A stretch of DNA of 63,449 bases, the filler included, from Folioceros fuciformis (taxonomy: Eukaryota), in the NCBI GenBank assembly GCA_049999805.1. It is 6 parts of 6 records of this genome, joined end to end, with 100 filler letters (N's around TTAATTAATTAA, not from the genome) between each part and the next. Parts side by side here need not be neighbours in the genome. Positions count along the whole stretch, not along the records: positions 61,504 to 63,449 come from JBNGIO010005529.1; 5 more parts are not named here. One strand, written 5' to 3'. The translations under genes were made by a program, and so were the position numbers. This document shows positions 61,404-63,449 of this stretch, in pieces. Numbering within the stretch: position 1 is the stretch's first letter; the number at the start of each line of letters is the position of its first letter. Below the pieces are notes generated by a model, which was not told the origin of the DNA, did not search any database, and saw nothing but the letters and a program-made list of their open reading frames with translations.

Positions 61404-61503
61404 NNNNNNNNNNNNNNNNNNNNNNNNNNNNNNNNNNNNNNNNNNNNTTAATTAATTAANNNNNNNNNNNNNNNNNNNNNNNNNNNNNNNNNNNNNNNNN
61501 NNN
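61404..61503. other. Artificial scaffold linker
   Basis: N44-TTAATTAATTAA-N44. Confidence 0.97.
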
Positions 61504-63449
61504 TCCAGCTCAAACAAATCCTACCCTCCTTTGTCTTGGGGTTCCATTCAGGTGGTTTGAAAGCCACCTCCTTCCTTCCCCATGACAGCCTGCACCTCGA
61601 TCCATACAGCCAAGTTCTACCCAGCAAGATGTCGTAGCCTGGTGCCTTGTGTTGAATGACCACAAAATCGAGAAGGTAGGGAATGGTCCCCATGGTCGTG
61701 GTTACCCCTCTCAGCTCCCCCACTGGCTGCATTCTGGACATATCGGCCAACCTCAAGACCTTGGTTGTGTACTCGATCTCCAATCCGAGTTTCTTGGCGG
61801 TATCCTCCATCATAATATTCACCCCTGAACCTGTATCCAGCGGCACCCTCTTAATCACACAACCTGCAATTTCCACTTGCAGTTCAGCCGGTCCTTGGTC
61901 CACCATGGACACCATGTTGACCATGGGAGCCGACAACCTTGGCCTTGATTTAGGTAGCCTCTTCCTTCTCTTGGGTTGGGCCTCCTGCAATGCCTTCCGG
62001 ACCTGCTGTCGATATTTAGGGTTATCCTTCAGGAGCTGACCAAAGGTAACAGCAAATTGCTGGTCCATGATGGCTCTACCCAAATCAAATGGCTTCTGGA
62101 CAGCCCCATTGGTGCCTTTGGTCACCGCTGCCACCTCCCTAGGTGGCAGACTTGCAGCCACGGGTGCTGACTCCTTTGCTGCCCTATCCAGCTCCTCCTG
62201 GATCATGTCTAGTACCTCTTCCCTCACATCTGGAGGAAATTCCAGGTTTCCCCCCTTTGCTGGGGCTGCTCCCTCTCCAGCCCTTGATCCTCCTTGGGGG
62301 TCTGCCCTTCCTGGTCTCCTTTCTCCTGACATGATTCCTCCACATTTGGGGTGCCCTTCTCCTCCTCCGATCCTGCAGCAGATTCCACTTCCTTCCCCTT
62401 CTTCTTGGCACCCCGCTGCCTTCCCCTTCTCTTCCCACTGCGAGTACATACAGCCATGGCTGCAGCCTCCCCATAGTAACCCTCCTTAGTGCTATCCAGC
62501 CCTTCCAGCCCCTTAAGCACCTTGGCCTCGGCCTCCTCCCAAACAGCCATGAGGGCGTCCTCCACGTGCATGGCCGTTGCAGCCCCTTGAGGTGCTGCTT
62601 GCAGCACCCCTGTCACCACTGGCTGAGCAATCCTCACGCTCTTCCTAGGGTTCTGACAAAGCACGCTGCCCGCCGCGTGCCCCTGCTGTTTGCAGTCCTG
62701 GCACAACCTATCGTAGTCTCCATTGGCCTGCCTAGTTGCTAATGGACAACTGTTGGCATAGTGTCCAAATCCTCGACAATTATAGCATTGGACAACCCCC
62801 GCTGCTTGACCAGCAACTCTCCCCACCTGGTTACTACGACCTCCCGTGCCCATAGGATTTCGAAGAATGGAAGGATGGGCTGTCTTGGAATATTACTGCC
62901 CTTGGGAAAACTCCCTAATTTGGTAGGAGTCCTCCACCGACCACTCCTCTTCTTCCCCTTCACAAGCCAGCAAATGCACCTTGGCCCCTTGACAATGGGT
63001 CTTGGTGTGGCCTTGCTCACCACAAATGGAGCAAAATAAGTTAGCCCTACCACTAGTTTGCAGCCCTCCTTCTCTCATGTTCCTTGATAGCATGGAGGTG
63101 AAACTTCTCAAACTTGCTCATCATCTCCTCCATCTTGGACTCGTGCTGCTCCACTTTCTTGGCTGCAACCTCAGCCTCTTTCTTGACCTGCTCCACCTCC
63201 CTCTTAGCACTAGCCACCTCTTGCTTGGCCTTGGCTAGATCCTTTGCCTTCCTTACTTCCTTCTTCCGCCTAGCCACCTCTTGCTCCTTCTTCTTCAGTC
63301 TTTTCTTGATAGCCTCGTCCTCCGAGGACTCCTCCTCTAGGCTGTCCCCTGCTGAAGATGAAGAAGTCTCTGCTGCTGATTCTTCTGAAGAATCGCTCTC
63401 CTCGGAGGAATCTTCATCCGAGGAAGATGACTCCCTCTTCTTCTTCCCC
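61504..63449 (-). mobile_element. Ty3/Gypsy-like gag (three CCHC knuckles) plus aspartic protease, frameshifted
   Basis: CSICGEQGHTKTHC, CYNCRGFGHYANSC, CQDCKQQGHAAGSVLC; protease LDTGSGVNIM...ILLGRTWL. Confidence 0.82.

Overview
This is eukaryotic nuclear DNA from a compact, GC-rich plant genome with short introns. It is most likely a hornwort, inferred from two PLS-class PPR genes whose PG box ends in the 'SWW' variant. The window is not contiguous: five artificial linkers (N44-TTAATTAATTAA-N44) join six separate scaffolds, and there are many 100-N gaps. Recognised genes are TRM11, intronless TRS33/TRAPPC6, a BAHD acyltransferase, a P-class PPR, two WW-type PLS RNA-editing PPRs, a polyol/monosaccharide transporter, tRNA-Arg(UCU), an NT-C2 coiled-coil protein, an 8-exon At-4/1 homolog that the ORF track misses, RCE1/FACE2, petC and a TRAF-like zinc-finger gene. 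One PLS PPR has a decayed DYW relic and a frameshifted 5' end; the other stops at the PG box. The rest is transposon debris (nested Copia, a Gypsy gag-protease, a CRE-like REL-endonuclease non-LTR element, a possible DNA transposase with a BAH/Tudor-like tail) and minisatellites. I see no clearly new multi-gene system. The best leads are the PPR pair caught losing the DYW domain, the 4/1 gene, two unusual transposon types and a spliced orphan ORF.
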